From assembly GCF_009914755.1 (NCBI RefSeq), contig NC_060930.1: a stretch of 64,000 bases of DNA. The stretch is one strand, 5' to 3'. Below are positions 47,073 to 61,885 of the stretch, piece by piece; within the stretch, counting starts at the first letter, position 1, and each line of letters begins with the position of its first letter. This DNA is from the human T2T-CHM13v2.0 reference genome, Homo sapiens. The notes beneath the pieces were generated by a model. That model was given only the letters and a program-made list of their open reading frames with translations, did not search any database and had not been told where the DNA came from. The translations under genes and the position numbers were made by a program.

Positions 47073-49220
47073 GTACATTGTTTATTCCAGTAATGTCCCA
47101 CTGTCAAGACAGAAGGTTATTTTTCTTGGCTTCTCTGTTGATTTCCTTGGCATTAAGCAATTTTAATGACTTCTGGAAGTATCCATAATCTATTCTACGT
47201 GTGGTGACCCACCAGGTTCACTGTAGCAGGATGTTTATAAGGCACTTATCTAAAAGCCTACAAATGCACGGAGGATAAACCACGTTTAAAGGCTTGTTAT
47301 TTTATAACAAAAACACTTTCACCCCATTGCCCAACTAGTGTGTTAATTTAAAAATATACGGCACTAGAAATAGCAACCCTTTAAAACTAAAGTGCATTCA
47401 AATCTACCTTTGCATCTAATTCAGTAATGAATTCTGTCAAGGGTTTTATTCTGAATTTTTAAATAATCTTCTAAAGTTTGAACCCAGATAAGCCTTAAAA
47501 TACTCATTATATTCAAATTTTTCTGTTCAATTATAAAAAAGTACAAAGCCCTAATGGAATTAATTAAAGGCTCAATATTTTCTTCCAAGATTACTTTTAG
47601 AAATGCAACTTTATTTGTTGTACATGCTCACCTAATAACAAATCATGTTAACACCAAGGGATGCATTACCTCTGCAGCTTATAAACATTATGAAGCATAC
47701 AGGCATGCACAAGTGAAAAATGAAAAGACTGATTTACTTTACCTATAGTAATGAGTTCTATAACATTCTGACCAGACGGTGTATAACTACATTAGCTGAG
47801 AGAATGAACCATTCTTTGAAAAAGTTAGCATACCATACTTATGTAAAAATGAAAGTTACTACTTTTTTCTTTATTTTCAATTAAAGAGGGACCCTTATTA
47901 AAAATATTTTTATTAACCTGTTAGTCTTATCTTGGCAGCTATAAAATATTATATAGTTATATTTGGTACATGTGAGCATATGTGTACATATACAACCATT
48001 AAGCCATAATATAAGTAGTAAATATTAGTTTTAATGAAGTGTTTATGAATTGGGACAAGAATGTCTGGAAATATCAAGCTAAATATAATAATAATAGTTA
48101 CATAATAGGTATATGTTACATCAGGGGCAATTTAGGTTCCTATTTTGAACTACTGAAATAATAAAACTCCTGTGGACACAGTAAGCAGAAAAGTCCACAA
48201 GCCCATAGTAAAAAGTTGCCATGTCCTGGAATGTAGTAAATTTTCTAATCTATTACATTTCATTCCAATATTATCTGAAATGAAAAATTGCTTGAGTTGA
48301 CCAAGATTGTGTAGCAGTGTGTGAGTGATTGCTTGCTTAAGGACACCTCCCCTCTCCATCTTGTATGTCTCTGTGGGCAATCCTGCAGGCTCTTAGTGCA
48401 TCTTCTCTAGTATTTATCAAAACATGTCTTGTGTGTGCTTTATTCTCTTTTCAAAACTCCACAGAAATCTCTAACCTTTACCACTTGCTCAAATAAAGGA
48501 CAGTCAAAACTAAGCTTAAAATGGAAAAGAAACCTCCTGAGTTTCTAGAATATATAAAATCAAACAGGGAAGAAAAACAAGTGCTTTTCTACACCTACCA
48601 CTCATACAGTGGTGATGTCTGGTATTTGCAAGGAAAGGGAGTAATAAGCGAGTTAATTTTCTTTGGTAAATATAGCGAGAAAGGCTGGAGCAAGAGAGCT
48701 GTAGTGATTAGCAGGGCTCCAAGGGAAAGCCCCTTGAGCTACTTACTGCCTGCTCTCAGCCGAACTCAATATTGTACTGAGAATTATTATAATCCTAATA
48801 AGAAAGATGCCTCCTGTGTAGACACTTGAAGCTCTACACAGACAATTAAAATGCAACAATAAACAGCAATTAAGAAATCATAAAAGAGAATGAAAATTAA
48901 GTAAATAGCATTATTAAAATAAATGCCTTTCTACCATGTGATATCTTAAATAGAAAACTGTAAGTTCTTATAAACTAAATTGTTTCAGGATTAAAAACTT
49001 GCAGAAAGCAAGTTTCATAAAACATCTACATAATTATAAAAATCACAAATTATATGCATATAACATGAATTACATCACAGAATTATATATCACAATAATA
49101 TCACAATATGCCACGATGAGTTATATCAAAATGTGCATGCAATGTACTACAATTAAGTGCCTACAGTCTCTTGTTTAAAAAATAATTAATAACCTAGCAT
49201 TTCAACAAAATATGCATACA

Positions 49221-49315
49221 ATTTAAATACTGAAAAGACACTTAGTGTAGTGTATTTAAATACTGAAAAGACACTTAGTGTAGTGTATTTAAATACTGAA
49301 AAGACACTTAATGTA
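49221..49315. repeat. 33-bp tandem repeat, ~2.9 copies
   Basis: Unit atttaaatactgaaaagacacttagtgtagtgt; first two copies identical. Confidence 0.95.
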
Positions 49316-49829
49316 ACAGTTCATACTGTTTCACAAAAACATGATTTGACATAGATATGTCAACTGATTGTAAAAACAGCATGGATCAAAATGCTGCTTA
49401 AGAAGCAAAATTTTATTGAAAGACTAAAATATTGGAGATATAAATTCAAATTAAATGACAGGTTTTTAGCAGAAGGGGAAGAATATATACATAAGTGTCC
49501 ATATATTTCTATCCAAGTTAGTAACTTTAAATAAGTATTTATCTGTAAATAGAAATAATATAAATCACATATGAAATAATGTGTATATAAGTATTCATCT
49601 CCAAAATGCTTATTAACCTTAAACATTTGTACCTTTATTCTCTTATACTATAACATATGAGTTTTTAAATAGTTTTTTTTTATCAGAAAGAAATATCTTA
49701 CTGAAGTGTGAAGACATTTTTAAAAAGAGCTTCATTAGGAAGTCTTGGGCCTAATTGTTTTTTGTTTTATAAATTTTAAATGACTGCTCTGTGATGAGCC
49801 CATTTCAGTTGAGGCTGTATTATTTTTCC

Positions 49830-52150
49830 TGTGGGTAAAATGACATACTGAGCTGATATGGACATCACTTCTCCCACTTTTGCTATTTTAAAAATACAGA
49901 TATGCTGCATAAACATAGCAAATAGATTTATAAACATTTAGATTCAAGAAAGAAAGGGAAATTCCTAGATGTCAGACCAAAGAGGGAAATCTAAGTTAAG
50001 CATAAGCAAAAGCTCAAGCTAAACTGAGCAACTGGGGTCATGGGGTGGAGGGTGGGAGACAAGTCTTAGTTCTAAGATCAGGGCTAAAGTTTGGAGTTTT
50101 AATGCCCTCACTAGGACTTGACACTAGGATTTGGACCCACAGACGGAAATTGCAGCTGAACTCCCTGAAGCAGGGACACTAGAAATGCTTTCAGACAGTG
50201 AAATGGGGGCTAGAAAATTCTTCCTGCAAGCCTACAGAGGCAGCTAGAAAATTTTTCTCTTAGGGGCTCTGGGTGGGTAAAAGTTACTACCTTGTGTAGG
50301 ACCGAATCCCCAAACCTGTGTGCCACGTGGGAATGGGATACATTTTTATTCTCCCCTTATGTGCTGGCATTCTTCAACAAGTCAAGGAAATGATATTCCC
50401 ATAGGAAAAATAATACAGCCTCAACTGAAAATGATCTCATCACAAAGCAAGTAAAGTACACAAAAGGAAAATAACTACAAAAGGAAACCAGTAGCCACAA
50501 AAATGAGGATATTTGTACACAAAGAACTAGAAAGGGTAGTCTGAAATAAATTTGTATTCATAAAAATCTGTGATCATATTCTTATCACATAAATCATAAA
50601 AATATGTTTAAAATGTACAATTATAAAAGCATGATTAGAAGATTGAAGAATAAACAAAGAAGGAATAGAAAAAAGTAATATAAAATAGACGCTATATTAA
50701 AATTCAAAAGTAACCAGGTTTGGAAAAGAAACATGTATAATTTACTTCCAGAAATGAAAAAAATATGCAGTCATTGAAATTAAAAATTCAATGATTGGGT
50801 TAAACAAGAGATGAGAAACTGCAGGATAGAAAATCAGAAATATAGGCCTGAAAAAATTACCTATAAATTGACATAGGGAAGTAAATAAATATGATGCTAA
50901 CTGACTCACAGAATTGTAAAATTGAACAGAAGTTTAGCAGAAGTTGCCAAAGAAGAGATTAGAAGAAGTTGAGGGAAACAATATTCAAAAAAATAATGAA
51001 GGAGAGAAGAATGATCATGAGTTAAAAACTATTATAAATCCTCAGTTTGAGGATGATAAAAAATAAGTCTACCCCTAGTAGAAAACCTGTCAACCAGCAA
51101 GACAAAGAGAAAAATATTAAAACTGGGGGCAAATATCTTTATTGTGAGTGTTTACCACTCACAGTCCAACTTCATGGAAAGAATATTAAATAATATATGT
51201 CCTTTAGTAAGAATATTGAACCCATAAGACAGTTTCACTAGATTATAGTCCAGAAGAATCAATCTATAAAAAGCAGTAGTATTTCTATATGTCAGTGACA
51301 AGCAAATAAAAAATGTAATAAAAATACTTAGAATAGCAAGAAAAACTTCATGATACCTAAAAATAAGTGTTTGTAAAATTGAGATAATTTTTAAAGGTTA
51401 TTGAAGAACATAAAATTCTAAATGAGGAGACAGCTGAGGATCACCAAGTACCAGTGAAAATCTGTGAAATTTGAAATGTTTACCATTTCTATTAATAGAG
51501 TTAATTAGTACCACAATTTAGGAGGGCAATATGGTATTATCTAGTATCTTTGAAGGTGATAAAACCCTGTCAACCAGCAATTCCACATCCAAACATTTAC
51601 CCCAAAAAACTCTTACAATGTATAGAGAAAAACCATCTAAAATGTGCTCAACGTAAATGTACTTACTATGATGAAAATGAGAAAAATAAATAGCAAAAAT
51701 AAATTGTAGTGTTTCCTTTAATCTGATAAAAGAAACAGTTAAAGTGGTTGAAATAGATCTTCATGTATAAACCATGATAAATTTCAGAAACTTCAGGTGG
51801 AAAAAACAATGTCATTATGGTATTATTTATATCAAGTTGTAAAACATAAAACAATGCTACATTGTTTGTGAATACATATATTATAATTAAAAAATTTAAA
51901 TACACTTGTAGGGTAAGTACTAATTTCAGAATAGTAGTTACCTCTAGAGAAACAGGAAAGGGAATAAAACAGAAGTGAAATGAGATTCATTTGTATCTAA
52001 GTATCATTGCTTTAAAAATATATCTGAGGCAAATATAAAATATAAATATTTTGTTACCTCTAGGTTGCATGGGTAATGCATGTTATATGTGCTTTTTGAA
52101 TGTCTTAATATAATTTCTAATTTAAAATTTCTTTAATTGAATGTAAAAAA
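49830..52150 (+). mobile_element. Degenerate old L1M-like fragments
   Basis: A-rich strand bias with eroded ORF1-like and 3'UTR-like motifs; boundaries approximate. Confidence 0.4.
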
Positions 52151-53609
52151 GAATTCCAGATTTAAAAAGAGGAGAATGAAATTTTTAATACAATGTCAAC
52201 TACATTATTACATTTTACACATAAGATTTTCTCTTCAACAATGATGTTAATGAATATTATCATCATTATATTTCAAAATGTGAAAGCAGTGCTAGCTCAA
52301 GACACTCAAATGTTTATAATATTTTTGCATTGTTAAAAATGTTGAAATTTCTCTCACGAATTACAAGAGGCAAGTCAATCTCAGATATATGACAAGTCAT
52401 TGACTATAAGTGCTGTCTGACTCTCAGTATTTGTTTATTTCAAGTACCATATGCTAGAAATTGGCTCTTTTGCAGTTTGGTGTCATATTATTTATGCAAA
52501 ATCAGTTGGTATGTAGAATCTCACACATAATATAAATTGACATTGATCTAGTTAGGAACATGTGCTTTTATTTTTATCAAAGTCTTATAATAGAAAGATA
52601 AATAGTGAAGTAGAAGACTAGAAATCAAAGTCTGTATTTTCATCTTGTTTTGCTTTGTTTTTATTGCATTTTCCATTAAGTCCTTACAGGCCCACGAGAC
52701 TATGTGATCTGGCCTTGGCTTACCTCTCCAGAATGTTCTTGAGTTTCAGTCACTGTTTTTCAGCTTTGCTTAAATTTCTTGAGTCTCTTAGTTGTTTGTA
52801 GCATCTGGAATTTTATAAGTTCTATTCAGATTTCTTGGGATACCTCATTTCTAGCCCTATTCCTTTGCTTAGCCAGGCATTTTTAATGGCTCGGCTTAAC
52901 TTCAACTTTCTCAGGAAAGCTGCCCCTGCATCCTCAAGTCATATCATTCTCATGGCATAATCACTTTTCAAACCTTTTTCTTTTCTTTTATGATCTCATA
53001 ATGAGTAATTCTGTTTTATGTCTATCTTACCTCTGGTGATGATATGGACCCTATATATTTTCTTTACCATTGCACAATAAGAAGATAACACAATGACTCA
53101 TACAAAAGAAAGAAGGAAGGAAGAGAACTAAAATCTCGTGAAGCTTTGACAGTCATTTAGCCTTTCCGATTCTGTTTTATAATCTATGAAATGGTGTTAT
53201 TGAATCTTTTCTGCCTCTCAGTAGGTATAATTATCACACTGAAGCCCTGTACAAGTATAAAGTATAACCATAAATACCTACTGGATTACTTTTTGTTGTT
53301 GTTTATATTGCTTTTCCCAAGTAGAGATAAGTTTCTGTTCTTTTTCCCTGAAAGGATTTTTATGGTGTGTTAACATTTTTATTGGTTTTGGATTTCCCTC
53401 TTCTTTTTCATTTGTGTACAGGAATGGTCACTTCATTAACTTGTAGACTTGATTCCTGGGCATTTTTACAAATGGACTTCAATGTGTACATTTAATCCTG
53501 AATCTAAATTACAGATGTAGAATTTTTGGCATAAAAGGTTCATGCATGAATGAATTTATCTCTTGCAACCCCTACAGTTCAAATAATATTATGTTAGTCA
53601 ATTTTTTAC

Positions 53610-54050
53610 ATGGACAGACTCTCTCCTTGACCAAATTTTGGAAAGTCTTCTCTGAGTCCTCTTTTTGATGAGGCCTCATCGTTGACCCTTGTCCTCAAAC
53701 CTAGCTTGGTTAAAGCAAGAATTCTGCTAAGTCAGTGTGTTAAGAACACCTTACCCTTGATATCTGATCCCTCTGGCCTGTCTTCAACAAGAATCCTGTT
53801 AATTTGGTTTAGCAAGAATCCCCCCTACCTACCCCTGATGTCTCCTCTTAATGATTGTTCGCCCCTGATCCTTGCTCGTGGCTATAAATCTCTACCCTTT
53901 TCCTTGGCACTGAATCCCTACTTGTTCATGTTGTATTGGGAATGGAGGCTAGTTCTTTACTAAGGTTGCTTTTTCTCTATTGCCATAGTTTCTCACTGAA
54001 GCCTATTTTCATCGTTTTAACTACTGTCCAGCTCTGGTTCTCTTTCACAA
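53610..54050 (+). mobile_element. ERV1-class solo LTR (MER39/MER34-like)
   Basis: gactctctccttgaccaaa...gcaagaattctgctaagtcagt...ccttgatatctgatc, TATA-like ggctataaat, ends ...tttcaca; subfamily uncertain. Confidence 0.55.
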
Positions 54051-54716
54051 TATTAAAAGCTGAACTTGTGAAAATTGAGAACTAATGTTTATGTATTTCC
54101 TTCTCCCTCCCTAACCCATCAACTATTATCTAGCCTTGGAAAAGTGTGTTTTAGGAGTAAGTCCTCAACAAATACTGCTAATTAACTAATTATCCTTCTT
54201 TTGTTAACTTATTTTAATACTAGGATGCATTAGTCTAAAGGTCATAACAGAAGAAAACCTGTAATTAACTACAAACTACCAAAAAACCAAGCATGACTGA
54301 GAAATTCCTGAAGCAATTATCACACAAAAAAAATAACTTAAATGTCACTGGAGCTATTCCTGGTAACTTTGTCAGTAGTACTCCCAGCTGACTAACAATC
54401 ACAGTTCAATATGTACTGCTGAAGTTGTACCTAGTTTATAAAGCAGTAGCTTCTATGAGAAAGAATACAAGAAAACTACGGTGACTATTTCTCCAGAGAA
54501 AAACTGTACTGAGGAAACTATAGCAAAAAGAAAATTGATGTCAACACAATAGTATCTCACTTCAAGAAATCAAAAACAAAAGAACTTAGTAAAATTTTTC
54601 TAATTCAACTTTGTTTTTAAAGGGAAAAGAGAACTAAAGAAAAAAAAGACAGCCATGATTTTTTGTAGCGTAGGCCACAACATTGAGCTATGTTCAAAGG
54701 AAATAGATGTCTAAAG

Positions 54717-54931
54717 CACACATTTCTTCCTAAAAGAATGAAAATTGGTTCTTTGGGAACAAAAATATCATATTGATTTTATGTAAAGGCAAACATTCAC
54801 ATGGTGCATCTGTACATAAAATATATCTGGAGTATTAAAGTTTCATGGTGGGGATGATTATGAAAAAATGACTATATAGGCTCCATAGGGACATGATGAT
54901 AAAAAATAGATTAAGTAGATTGAAAACACTA
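54717..54931. mobile_element. hAT-type MITE (MER106-like)
   Basis: 8-bp TSD gtctaaag at 54709-54716 and 54932-54939; eroded terminal inverted repeats. Confidence 0.55.
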
Positions 54932-56845
54932 GTCTAAAGTGAAGTGATGTGTTTTAATATCATAATATGTGAGAATATAAAAGTATTTACGTATGGATTA
55001 TTTACAATGGAAAAATGACTATTATAGTTCATATTTCATTTTATTAATGTAATTGATTAGAATAATGGTATAGAAATAGCAAAAGCAGAATATTTGGTTT
55101 TAAGAAAATATGGTGATATAAGGGAATGAATATTAATTTCTAGAGTGGAAGTCTGTAGCGTTCTAGAAATTACCGTGTTTTATAGGCTGTAGTGTGAAAA
55201 TTATCATTAAATACGCAAATTGAAAAGAATCACTAATGGACTCTATACAAATAAAGTGTTAAAATGAATTTATTGGATCAATAGGAGCTTCCCAGTAGGA
55301 ATGCTGAGAGGTTTAATAGATTAGACTCCATTTTGTTTAGATTAACAGTTAAAACAACTTTAAAAATTTTTATTAAATTATGTTTTTGCAACCATTGAAG
55401 TATAGATAAACAAAAAAAGAAAAAAATTAATTATATGTTAATAACTTTTTAAAATTCATCAGTACAAATAAATTATAGAATCATAAAGGAAAATAGAAAT
55501 CTCATGATGATTAAAATAACATTCAGTCTGGAAGGTACAAAACTTTTACCTTCATCATTCGATATTTAGGTTCAATTATATTCCCATCTATGCTTTAGGG
55601 ACTGAATTGGATGGTGGTAATAAGGTATAATATATGGTCTGTGCCAATCTTATGGATGGCAAGAAAAGAACAAAATTATGGTTTTACTGTGTGTATTTAT
55701 TTATTTATTTATTTCAATAAATGCCCTTTAGTAGATATTTTTACATCTGGAGACATTCTCACATCTGGAAGAGGACACTGCAACAGTAGCCTATTTTAAT
55801 CTTGTCATGAAAATCTTGGGATACATCTTTTTTGCTCAACTCCCTGGTTTTTCTGTCTTATTTTTTTCTTCGGGGCATAGTGGACACTGGTGATGAATTT
55901 GGTGTCAGATCCAGAACATGTTGTCTGTACCCCTCTTACAGCAGTGATTTTCTTCCACCTTGTAATATAATTATCTGAAGTCCGCCTCATCAGAAAGTAC
56001 ATAGGGAAACTATCGTGACTCTATTTCTCCAAGTAGAAACTGTGCTAAGGGAACTAAAGCAAAAAAGAAAATTCCTACTTCCTTTGCTATAATCCTCTTG
56101 AGGGCATTTTTATATTCCCTGTGATATCTCATATGTCTTGTATATAGTAGTTCAGCTATGAGTTGATGAACGAATAATATAAAGAATAAAGCAACGATAA
56201 GAAATAATGAGCAGAGCATTTATTAATAATTTGATATTGATAACAGAGGAAGTTAAATTATTCAAAGAGCTCAACCATAAAGCAGATGGCTTCACTTTCA
56301 AGCTGGGAATCAAAAAACTTTAAGTGCTAGAATATTCATGTCAAGAGGATCTTCCAAGAATAAGCCAGGAATGCAATTAGGGGCTGACTCATGGATGACA
56401 ATGGTCGATGAGTCACAAAGAAATTTTGAAAAAACAATGATGTCCCTGGGGACACATAGAAAGAATTGGAACTAGACTGTCAAGATCATATATATTAACA
56501 AGCTAATAGAAGGCGGGAAATTTTGGTCTCTATGAAAATGTGCACAAAAGTCCCAGAACACTATACTTCTGTGTTTGAACTGTGCTACTCTAAATTATAT
56601 AAAATATACTCTATAATGTAGTAAAGAAAGATTTCTTTATGCCAATGTCTCACATTTTATAGACATTTTACCTGCTACTGTCAACTTAAGTTACTCAAGT
56701 ATAGTTCTGTTGATTTATCTCCTAATGAACAACCGCTAATGACTTACCAATTCCTAAGGAATATCTCTTAGGATGGACTTTCTGAGGGCAGGGCCCTGGA
56801 TCTCAAGTACCAAGTGAAGTTCTAGCATACAGGAAGTATTAAATA

Positions 56846-57081
56846 CAGGCTGAGTATCCCTTATCCAAAATGCTTGAGACCAGAAATGTTTCCGATTTGG
56901 TATTTTTTCGGATTTTGGAATATTTGCAGAATACATACTGGCTGATCATTCCTAATCAGAAAATCCAAAATCTGAAATGCTCTAGTGAACATTCCATTTG
57001 AGCATCATATAGGTGCCCCCAAAGTTTCAAATTTTGAAACATTTAAGATTTTGGATTTTCTGATTAGGGATGCTCAACCTG
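56846..57081. mobile_element. Tigger4-derived MER46-like element
   Basis: Terminal inverted repeats caggctgagtatccct ... agggatgctcaacctg. Confidence 0.8.
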
Positions 57082-59009
57082 CACATTTGTCTTGAAAAAT
57101 AAATAATGAATAAACCTCCAACTTTTAAAATGAATTCTTGTTCCCAATGTCTTTGCTAACATCGGTCTCTCATTCTATCTATGTCCACAAGTTGAATTTT
57201 TAAACCATGCTTCAAGGATCAGGTCAAACTCCACTCCTGTCATAAAGCTTCCTTAAGCCTTATAGCAAAAATTAGTGCTTCCTCTATGTTCCCGTAATTA
57301 TTTATTTCTCAGATGCACTTACCATATTCCACCTTGCATTATAGTTGATTGTGAGTATATCTTTTTACCCAACTAGATATTGGCCTTTAAAGACAGACTT
57401 ATTTAAAGACAGACCTTGACTTATTTATCTTCATAGTGCCTAGAATTCCTACCCTAATGTGTTGCTTCAGGTTATTAAATAAAATTGAATGTGAAATTAT
57501 TTAATCATATTTTTTCAAGGTCATTTTACTAGGCTAAAATGGAGCTAAGGAAAATGTAGCTAATGTCTGCAAATTTCTAATTGTTGAACTTAGTCTGAAT
57601 CTCAGAATAGTGGCATTATAAGCTTTCAAATTAGAGTAAATGAAAAGTAGATTAGACCAAGCGCATAAGAACACAGTATACAGAACAGCTGTACTGTGTC
57701 CTCAACGGGATAAACTAAATCATAATTACAGATATGTTTCATCTTTCTTGCCTTTATACTCTTTTGAAGATGCTCTCAACTTCAGTGCTTTGGGGATTTA
57801 TTTGTCACTGTAAGTCTGAAATTAGTTTGATTAGTTTTGCTGATATCTATCATTTCAAAATGTCTGAAATCTGCCTTAAAAAGTAAGCTGGCACAAATCT
57901 TGGGGCAGTGCTTATTAAGGTTCCCACATAGAAGTGGCTGAGTTTGTAAATGAGTCATAGAAATTCAGTATCAAAAAGTTAATTTAAAACAAATTATTCT
58001 CTTGGATATAAGGAGGACTGCTTTGTTTATTCTTAAATTTTTCTCCTTACTTCTTCATGCTATTTTTCTCTTCTCTTCTGATTTTCCTTATATGTTCTCA
58101 GATTTTATCATCCCTATCTTCTGCTCAATCTGGGTTTGTTTAAAGTGTTTTTATTCAGCTCGTACTATGCGTATAGCACTTTGCTATGCATGAAAAACAT
58201 GACTGCCAAGAGATTTATTTGAACTTAATAAATTTTATGAAGCTAATGCTCAGTGCTGTACCAGGAACCATGTTATTTTCTCAGACTATAAAGTTAGTAA
58301 GACAGAATTTCTACCTCTGAATAGATTATGGTAGATAGCTAGAGAGAACAATCTTTGAGCAATACTTTTTTGTGGTTGTGATAGGGTAATGTATACAGGG
58401 CCACGAAAACTACATGGAGAGAGAAGTTAGTTGTCCAAGGGAATTTTTTAAAAAGCCTCAGTATTGATAATAAGGGAATTCAAGGAAGAGGGGAAATGTA
58501 GAGAAAATGCGTATGTAGGGAATATTACAAATCTGTTTCCTGGAAAGCAGGATGCCTTCCTTTAGAATTATTAGTTAAGATTAACCACTCTTTAAATTGA
58601 GAGATTATATCCTTCCCTGTTTTTCATTATATGGTCAGCTTTCACTGGCCTGAGTCCACATTTTAAGCTCAACTATATACAAATAATTTTTCAGTATACT
58701 GAGAGTAGGATTAATGAAACCAGTCTGGAGAGCAGTCACAGAATGAGAATAGATCTTTCCCATAGTATCACTATGTGACTAACTGATTGTACTGATGTGT
58801 TACAGAAAACACTGTAAAAAGTTAACCAGAGGAAAACTTTGCTTTCTACTTTATCTGATCTTTACCCCAGTTTCTCTACCTGTCAAATTCCTATGCTTGC
58901 CTCAAATGTACATATTTTTAATCTGAAATGTGAAAAGTATTTATAACTGGTGTAATATCAATGTTCTATTATACATCCATGCATTAATGTCTTTAATTTT
59001 ACCATGAAA

Positions 59010-59078
59010 TTAAATGAAGTACCTCAATAACAGAACAGTGAACTTTAAATGAAGTAGCTCAATAACAGAACAGTGAAC
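59010..59078. repeat. 35-bp tandem duplication
   Basis: ttaaatgaagta(c/g)ctcaataacagaacagtgaac x2. Confidence 0.93.
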
Positions 59079-59410
59079 CTAACTGGCCCCATTTTAGTCA
59101 ATCTAATGCATTCCTGCACAGGTATTTATCATGACATTTACTCTACACTCAACCTACATGAAGATCAACATAGTCACTTTTACGAGAGTAGATTTGCATC
59201 CATCCAATAATCTTTCTCACCAGTGTAATTAGAAAGGATACAGCTTAACACATAGCTTTTGAGCAGATTTTTAAAAATATCATTATACGTTAAATATAGT
59301 TGAGAGGGTAAAATGAAGAATGTACAGTTAATATTTTCCTTATACAGACATGGACGCAGCTCATAATGTTGAAGGATACCTCTGTTGCTGATACATCTCT
59401 TTATTTGCAG

Positions 59411-59551
59411 GAAAATGTTGAAGGAGGAGACTGTAGTCGTTGCAAATCCGGCTTCTTCAATTTGCAAGAGGATAATTGGAAAGGCTGCGATGAGTGTTTC
59501 TGTTCAGGGGTTTCAAACAGATGTCAGAGTTCCTACTGGACCTATGGCAAA
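59411..59551 (+). CDS. LAMA2: LAMA2 exon (probably 11); ENVEGGDCSRCKSGFFNLQEDNWKGCDECFCSGVSNRCQSSYWTYGK
   Basis: tttgcag|GAAAAT...GGCAAA|gtaagc; 141 bp, phase 0-0. Confidence 0.96.
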
Positions 59552-61885
59552 GTAAGCAAGCACCATTTGGTTCTGTTTGCTGCCCCAGCAGCCTTCTTTG
59601 TTGCTTTCATCGTTGTTCTTTTGTATGAACAGTTTCTGATAGTGAACTTCTACATAAAGTTACAGGAAGAAGTAATGGAATTTTCTTCAAATGCTGTTGT
59701 GTATTTTTGCTCAAAGCCTTTGAGGTTGTATTTGTAATATTGTGTAGACTGGAATTTCTTAGAATAGGTAGACATAGTCTTTTTAGTGTCCATGATTACT
59801 CTATGAAACAATAATGCAATTAAGGTTTCAACTCCAAGGGTGCATGATTTAAGAGAGAAAACACTACATTGTGATATGAATTATATTTTCCATTACTAGT
59901 ATGTTCGTATGCAAGTTGAGAAAAACTCTGTATCATCTGTATACATAATACATATTATCCACCAACGCTTTAGTTACTATTTGATGTTGCCTAGGCTCTT
60001 TCATTATTAAAAGGGGACATTAAATATAGGCAATACCTTCATTCTGAGTTGGTTTGAAAAATTATTACTTAAACTATTTAATAGCAACTGAAATTTTCTT
60101 TCTTTAACGTAAATGTGTTTACCTTTCTAACTTCACTGCCTACACTACCCACTGCCTTTTCAAATCTGTGCAAAGAGCATGTTGTCTCCCTATACAGAAA
60201 AGTGTCAGAGGAAAATGGGACCTTCTGGGAATTTCACACAGCCTGTGTGGCTGGACTTAAGAGTGCAGAATGGTAGGAAATGGGCTGGAGAGAGAAAGAA
60301 GTCTAGACGGGGGAATGAGAATCTAGAACTTATAGGGTTGAATATACTAAGAATTTGAGATATTTTACTTGGAGTGTCATTGAAGAAATTTAAGCTAAAG
60401 ACTGACATTATCAGAGTTGTGTTTTATAAAGACTACTATTTAGATAAACTATTTCCTAAACACTTCTTCCTTTCAACTTTAATCAGTGAACTAATCCTGA
60501 ACAGAGCTATAAAATATTTTCTCTGCCTGCAGTGCTTTTAAGTCAAGCCTCATATTATGAAATATTATCTATACGTTATCAACTGTATTGCTTTCAGAGC
60601 AGACTTCAAAGAATCAACCACAGATGGACATCTAGTCTAACTTCCTCTTTTGTTTATAAAGTCCCACCCCACCCTCCAGACTGCCCCACTGATAGATCAA
60701 AGTTTCATAGCCAGCCAAGGGGCAGAGCTGGTACTCAAGCTTTGATCATCAGATGCTAGAGACACAGAATCCCATTCAACTGTCTTACAATGCCTCAAGG
60801 GTGACGTTAGAAAGGGAAGAAATGCAAGGAATATATTACTTGTTGTCCAGAAAGTCAACAGGTTGTACCTGGTTTCTATTTCTCATTTAACTAAGGGAAT
60901 TGCAGTGATTCCACAGCTTTGGGATAAGCAGAGTCAAATAGTCTATGAAGAAATTTTAAAAAATATTTCAGCCACATAGAGTCACCCTTAGCATTCTGCT
61001 TCCCATCACCCACAACATGAAGCAGCTCATGCATGTCTAGTAGGTTCCTGGTAGCTGGTACCCTAAGCCCTCAGTAATCAGTGTTTTGTCCTGACTAGGT
61101 AGGATGCTTTAAATTAGAGGTGTAGCTGTAGGCCTGACCTTGGCTGAAGCATAAAGATGTAAAAACAAATCATTATGCATTCCCAGATTCCTCCTTTAAG
61201 GTTCCTTCCATTTCTGGGCCAGGGATCTAGGCTGTAGGTCCCCACAGCACTTCTGACCCTATCTGAAGGAATACATACAGTATTGCCAGGTGTTGTCATA
61301 GCACCAAGGCTGGTGGGTTCAAATATCCTTAAGCCTCAAAGTAGAAATTTTAAAAAGTGGGAGGGGTGGAAATACTGAATGAAACACCACCTTTCAGGTA
61401 CTTGCATAGTTTCTTTCTTTTTCCCTCTGCATTACAAATACATACGCAATACTTTTTCAGGTTGTTTTTTCCAAAAGCAACAATAAACTACTAGTGGAGT
61501 AAAAAATACGGAACTGAAAGTCCAACTGTTTGATTAAGTGTATGTTATAACCATTGTATGACTTTGAGTGAATTTCTATTTTTAAGAAAGTGGTATTTGG
61601 AACCACAATTTTTTAAAAAGCATAGGTTCAATGAAAACAGATTATTATAGAATACCTTGGAAACTCCTAGAAACATCAAGGAAAAAAAATAAACAATGGA
61701 AGCCTATGTGAGTACATATAATATGTCTAATGATATTCATAATGCTCAGGTTTTTTTCTAAATGTTTGTGGTTTGGTTTTTTTTGTTTTTAATTTCCAAA
61801 AGTGGACACGACCAGGAACATGAAAGAGAAAAGCAGCTGATAGATATTTTTTAAAAATTAATGATGACTGTGTGTTTTCTCTAAG

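Noticed and set aside
49221-49315. 33-bp direct repeats as a CRISPR-like array
   Set aside because: Units are head-to-tail with no unique spacers, in a mammalian intron.
51082-51580. ~20-bp repeat aaaac(c)ctgtcaaccagcaa about 480 bp apart
   Set aside because: Short, lies inside degenerate L1-like sequence, and does not bound a recognisable element.
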